Assembly (NCBI GenBank): GCA_965223335.1 | Contig: OZ244991.1 | Location: 1,568,001 to 1,632,000, forward strand | Direction: 5' to 3' | DNA length: 64,000 nucleotides | Origin: Thermodesulfobacteriota bacterium | Lineage (GTDB): Bacteria; Desulfobacterota_D; UBA1144; Nemesobacterales; UBA2774 | The notes under the pieces: model-generated | What the model saw: only the letters and a program-made list of their open reading frames with translations | Database searches by the model: none | Told to the model about the DNA's origin: nothing | Program-made: the position numbers and the translations under genes | Shown: in pieces, positions 59,982 through 64,000 of the stretch | Position numbering within the stretch: position 1 is the first letter of the stretch | Layout: each line of letters opens with the position of its first letter

Positions 59982-60743
59982 ATGGCGTGGAACCCCGAGC
60001 TTTACCTTAAGTATAGGGATCAGAGATTTGCCCCGTTTATAGACCTGCTCGAGCTTGTAGAGGTGCGCCATAACATAAGCGTTATTGATCTGGGCTGCGG
60101 CACAGGGGAGCTTACTAAAATCATCTCCGAGCAACTTACTGGGAGCGAGGTTGTGGGCATAGATTCATCACCTGAGATGCTCGATAAAGCCATCCCCAAG
60201 GCCAAGCCCGGCTTGGGTTTTGAACTGGGCGATATAACGAAAGTGATGGGCAAATGGGATCTGGTTATCTCAAACGCTGCGTTACAGTGGATAGAGGACC
60301 ACTCGGAACTTGTACCTAAGCTGCTCGACATGGTACGCCCCGGCGGGCAATTAGCGGTCCAGCTCCCGTCTAACCATAACCATCCCACACAGACCCTTAT
60401 GGCAGAGGTGGCAACAGAGAGGCCATTCTACGAGGCGCTTTCGGGTTGGTCACGAGTCTCGCCCGTGCTAAGCACTGAGCGGTATGCCCAGGTGCTTTAC
60501 GATAACGGTGCACTTGAGATAAAGGTGTTTGAAAAGGTGTATCCTCATGTGCTCGATAGCATAGATGCAATTGTGGGTTGGGTAAGCGGTACTGCCATGA
60601 TGCCCTATATCGAGCGACTACCGATTGAATTACACGACGAGTTTGTTAAGGTATATAAACGTAAGCTTTCCCATAGATACCCGAGAAGGCCGGTCTTTTA
60701 TCCCTTTAAGAGGACATTTTTCTCGGCCCGGGTAGCTGAGTAG
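59982..60743 (+). CDS. Trans-aconitate 2-methyltransferase-like SAM methyltransferase
   Basis: WNPELY, DLGCGTG, SNAALQW, GGQLAVQ.P, GT. Confidence 0.85.
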   Translation: MAWNPELYLKYRDQRFAPFIDLLELVEVRHNISVIDLGCGTGELTKIISEQLTGSEVVGIDSSPEMLDKAIPKAKPGLGFELGDITKVMGKWDLVISNAALQWIEDHSELVPKLLDMVRPGGQLAVQLPSNHNHPTQTLMAEVATERPFYEALSGWSRVSPVLSTERYAQVLYDNGALEIKVFEKVYPHVLDSIDAIVGWVSGTAMMPYIERLPIELHDEFVKVYKRKLSHRYPRRPVFYPFKRTFFSARVAE

Positions 60744-60754
60744 CAGGTGAGAAA

Positions 60755-61198
60755 ATGAAAACATATAGCCATACTCAGATCGGTTACCTAATGATAGCAA
60801 TAATGGGATTAGGTCTTTTGATGCTGACTTACTTTATGCATGCCAAAGGCACAAGCCCGCTCTTGCTGTTTGTTTTTATTGCGGTTGTGGCGGGGCTTTT
60901 GCTTTTCTTTAAGCTTAATGTTGAGGTAGATGAGACACATGTAACTGCCCGATTCGGCCCGGGGTTTATAAGCAAGAAGATTGCCCTTGCGGATATTGAA
61001 TCTTTCCAAACGGTAAGGAACCCATGGTACTACGGATGGGGGTTAAAGAGGATACCAAAAGGCTGGATGTATAATGTCTCTGGTTTTAGTGCAGTCGAAC
61101 TCAAATTGGCGGATGGTCAGGTTTTTCGTATAGGTACAGACGAACCCGAGGCTCTAGAGAGAGCCATTTCAAACGCGATTGGACACCGCTCTCATTGA
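60755..61198 (+). CDS. Hypothetical membrane protein (2 TM plus PH-like domain)
   Basis: Two hydrophobic helices; WYYGWG, YNVSG..AV, IGTDEP. Confidence 0.75.
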   Translation: MKTYSHTQIGYLMIAIMGLGLLMLTYFMHAKGTSPLLLFVFIAVVAGLLLFFKLNVEVDETHVTARFGPGFISKKIALADIESFQTVRNPWYYGWGLKRIPKGWMYNVSGFSAVELKLADGQVFRIGTDEPEALERAISNAIGHRSH

Positions 61199-61265
61199 GC
61201 AGGGCTTATGTGATGCAGTTCGTTAGCAATCCGATTATAGTAAATACACTTAAGGTTGGCTCAAT

Positions 61266-61305
61266 AAAAAAGTCCCCCTAAGTCTCTGCAGACCTAGGAG
61301 GACTT
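61266..61305 (-). terminator. Rho-independent terminator
   Basis: Minus strand AAGTCCTCCTAGGTCT-GCAG-AGACTTAGGGGGACTT followed by a U-tract; long stem with G-U pairs. Confidence 0.75.
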
Positions 61306-61335
61306 AAGAGAAGCAAAAGGCAAATTGTGTGTAAA

Positions 61336-61419
61336 TCACGCAATAGTAATGATTAATAAGCCTGCAAAAATAATCGAGTACAAGGCGAGATCTGAGAAAC
61401 CGTATTTAGCTTTAGTCAT
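61336..61419 (-). CDS. Unannotated 27-aa hydrophobic small protein
   Basis: AGAGG RBS 6 nt before ATG; MTKAKYGFSDLALYSIIFAGLLIITIA; followed by a terminator. Confidence 0.6.
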   Translation of the reverse strand: MTKAKYGFSDLALYSIIFAGLLIITIA

Positions 61420-61650
61420 AGTTTGCCTCTACCCTGTATATTACATTAGAAATAAGGGTGTCATCAAGATTTAATTTTGCTTAATACAAAAGTTCTATAT
61501 CTATTCAATCACTTACAACTTTAGTATTGGAAAGATATATGTTTCAAGATGTAAATTAAAGCGTTTGAGTAAATAAAGTTGAGAATCAACATGCACGTGA
61601 ATAGGTATCTATTGAAAGCATCAATCAGTTGACCATCCCATGCTATTATG

Positions 61651-63078
61651 CTAAAGCTCCCCGGGATTGATCTCTTCCAGAGATCTGCCTTTTGTATCGA
61701 CCTTGAATAGTGCAGTTACAACTAGACCTACTATGGAACAGGCTGCAACTGCCAAAAGTGTAAAAGATACACCGACCTTATCCTTTATGATGGGCAACAT
61801 GAATATTCCCAGAGCGGCACCTAGTTTTGCCCCTGAAGTGGCAAGTCCGTGGGCGGAGGCTCTAAGTTTGGTCGGATACAACTCGGCAGGAAGTATGAAA
61901 GTCGTAGCGTTTGGACCCATGTTCATAAATAGGTTAAAGAGCATGAAACCTATAAGTATTATAAGAAGATGAGATGTACTTGCTCCGACACTCAAACCGG
62001 CCCAGGCCAATAAACCCAGGCCAACTGTCATGCCAGCAAAGCCCACTATTTGTAGTTTGATACGGCCCCATTTCTCGACCAGCCAGATGTTGAGAAGAAA
62101 CCCTACTATCAAGAATATATCCAATAATGCCGCTCCCTCTGTAGACGCCAGATCCTGGGCAATAAATGAACCGTCATTTCTAAACGCCATTACAGCTAGG
62201 ATTGTAGGTGTGAATATACCGACACCATATGTAGCAATATCCATCATGAACCAGGGTACAATCGAGAGGACTGTCCGTCTCAAGTATCTCTTAGTAAGCA
62301 GTGTCGAGTAACCAACTGTCTGTTCTTTGACTTCTTTCACATGCTCGATGCCCTCGGATACAAGATCGCGTAATTCCTGTGTTTTTGCAGGGACTATCAA
62401 CGTTAGAACATCTATAGCCTTTTCTACCTTTCCTTTACCTAGCAGCCAACGCGGGCTCTCGGGCACAGTGGTACGTAGAATAAGGACTACTATTGCCGGG
62501 ATTGTGCCTGCAACAAGCATCCACCGCCATGCACCCTCGTCTGGGTGAATTTTTAGGATCAGAAGCCCGGTCGCAGCGCCAGTAAGCATACCAAGCGCCT
62601 GGAAACTAAAAGCCCCGATCAGCATCCTTCCACGGATATTTCGCGGCATGAACTCAGAAACATAGGACGCACAGATCGGATAATCCACACCTATCCCCAC
62701 ACCCAGGAGAAATCTGAATGCGATCAGTGAGTATACATCCCATGAGATAGCTGTTAAAAAGCTAAAAAGTATAAAAAACGATAGATCGATCAGATATAGC
62801 GCTTTCCTTCCATAGCGGTCTGTAAACCTTCCCCCTACCGATGCCCCTATAATTGTGCCGAGGACTGCAGATGCCCCTATAAGTCCCATCACAGTAGGGT
62901 CTGGGTCAAACTGTCTATTGATCAGTGGCAGAGCTACACCGATTATGAACAGGTCGAATCCATCCAAAAATACCCCCATTGCAGATAGAGTCCATACTCT
63001 CCAATGCAAGGGTTTTAGTGTTGTTTCATCAAGGGCTTTGTTCAGTTCGTGAGTGAAATGTTGAGGGTCTTGAGCCAT
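61651..63078 (-). CDS. MFS transporter (sugar porter / PHS-like)
   Basis: DGFDLF, GRFTDRYGRK, YVSEFMP...RG, PESPRW, PAELYPT.LRA. Confidence 0.92.
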   Translation of the reverse strand: MAQDPQHFTHELNKALDETTLKPLHWRVWTLSAMGVFLDGFDLFIIGVALPLINRQFDPDPTVMGLIGASAVLGTIIGASVGGRFTDRYGRKALYLIDLSFFILFSFLTAISWDVYSLIAFRFLLGVGIGVDYPICASYVSEFMPRNIRGRMLIGAFSFQALGMLTGAATGLLILKIHPDEGAWRWMLVAGTIPAIVVLILRTTVPESPRWLLGKGKVEKAIDVLTLIVPAKTQELRDLVSEGIEHVKEVKEQTVGYSTLLTKRYLRRTVLSIVPWFMMDIATYGVGIFTPTILAVMAFRNDGSFIAQDLASTEGAALLDIFLIVGFLLNIWLVEKWGRIKLQIVGFAGMTVGLGLLAWAGLSVGASTSHLLIILIGFMLFNLFMNMGPNATTFILPAELYPTKLRASAHGLATSGAKLGAALGIFMLPIIKDKVGVSFTLLAVAACSIVGLVVTALFKVDTKGRSLEEINPGEL

Positions 63079-63208
63079 TGAACTTGCAGGATTATATACC
63101 GTATAGTAATAAAATATCCAATAGTTTGATGTTGTTATATCTTGTCATATTGGGTACAGGACAGCGTTTATACTAGGTTAAGCCTGATCGAGATCTGTAG
63201 GCAGGAGA

Positions 63209-64000
63209 CTAGTGCCCCACACGCTCTACTATCACTTTTAATCCGTTTTTGGGGCGTGTGGTGATAAGGGGTTGGGGAGTGACGGTTTGCTTGGGGACCA
63301 GGTGGAGATTCCACCTAGACGCTATCGCGGCAAGAATAAGTACTCCCTCCATCCACGCGAAAGGCTCCCCAATGCATCGCCTCGGGCCTCCACCGAACGG
63401 GAAGTATGCAAACTTGGGCAAGTTCTTTTCCATCTCATTCGTCCATCTCCCGGGGTTAAACATCTCGGGATTGTCATAGAACTTGGGGTTACGATGCACC
63501 ACATGTTCACTCATCATAATATCCGAGCCCCCCGGCAGCAGGTACCCATTAACCTGGTAGTCCTCTTTTATCCGCCTTACTACAGCCCACGCCGGCGGAT
63601 AGAGGCGTAGGGATTCTTTAAAAATTTTCTCTGTGTAGCGGAGCTGTCCTAAATCGGTCACATTCGGCAGCCGCCCGCCTAGGACCTGTGCCAACTCATC
63701 TTGTAGCCTGGCCCTGACCTCCGGGTGTTGGGCTACCAGATACCATGTCCAGCTAAGCGCATTTGCCATGCTCTCTTGGCCCGCCAAAAAAAGGGTCATG
63801 ACCTCATCCCGGACCTCTTCGTTGCTCATGGTATAACCCTCGTTTTCCGGGTCCTGCGACCGAAGTAGCATAGTGAGCAGGTCGTCCCTACCTCTGGGAT
63901 CGTTACGCCTCTCCTCTATCATCCGATAGACGATGTTGTTTAGCGTGCTAAGGGCGTTCTCACACCTGCGGTTGCTGGGTAGAGGCAGGTCATCTAAGAG
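63209..64000 (-). CDS. Cytochrome P450 (5' part lies beyond the window edge)
   Basis: I-helix LAGQES, ESLRLYPP (ExxR), heme motif FPFGGGPRRCIG; frame is open to position 64000. Confidence 0.93.
   Translation of the reverse strand, partial: LLDDLPLPSNRRCENALSTLNNIVYRMIEERRNDPRGRDDLLTMLLRSQDPENEGYTMSNEEVRDEVMTLFLAGQESMANALSWTWYLVAQHPEVRARLQDELAQVLGGRLPNVTDLGQLRYTEKIFKESLRLYPPAWAVVRRIKEDYQVNGYLLPGGSDIMMSEHVVHRNPKFYDNPEMFNPGRWTNEMEKNLPKFAYFPFGGGPRRCIGEPFAWMEGVLILAAIASRWNLHLVPKQTVTPQPLITTRPKNGLKVIVERVGH

Noticed and set aside
63209..63922. P450 as a truncated 237-aa pseudogene
   Set aside because: The reading frame stays open to the window edge, so the gene is simply cut by the window
1..64000. 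CRISPR arrays, IS elements, prophage or defence islands
   Set aside because: No spaced direct repeats, transposase, integrase, phage or defence-gene motifs recognised by eye

Overview
A 64 kb stretch of bacterial chromosome carrying mostly housekeeping genes: about 70 CDS and 2 tRNAs, with no CRISPR, IS, integrase or phage genes recognised. Gene content (futalosine menaquinone pathway mqnA/mqnD, F420 gene cofC, alternative complex III, merR-tRNA-Pro-surE-yqaA synteny, TonB, periplasmic lipoproteins) fits a diderm, Desulfobacterota/Dadabacteria-like organism; that placement is inference only. The main blocks are dapF-amidohydrolase-GGCT fusion; FAD/Fe-S oxidase, cofC, ALDH, mqnD, mqnA, dgt, hisFA; pcm, rng, mce, mtgA, gyrA; tRNA-Gly, proB, mltG; a RavA/MoxR-like AAA+ ATPase fused to a vWA domain; copA and cupredoxin; csp/tpx; actABCDEF plus an unannotated 46-aa membrane ORF; purM, tonB, gpgS-mpgP, surE, tRNA-Pro, rnhB, dapA, asd, crcB; an MFS transporter and a partial P450. 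The best candidate for a new system is the AAA-linker-vWA gene (26981-29098, minus strand). It has a 10-A run exactly at the end of the AAA domain, with a stop codon immediately after it in the -1 frame and an SD-like motif 10 nt upstream. This suggests one gene makes both a stand-alone AAA subunit and the full AAA-vWA subunit by frameshifting or transcriptional slippage. All product calls come from reading motifs by eye; no database searches were run.
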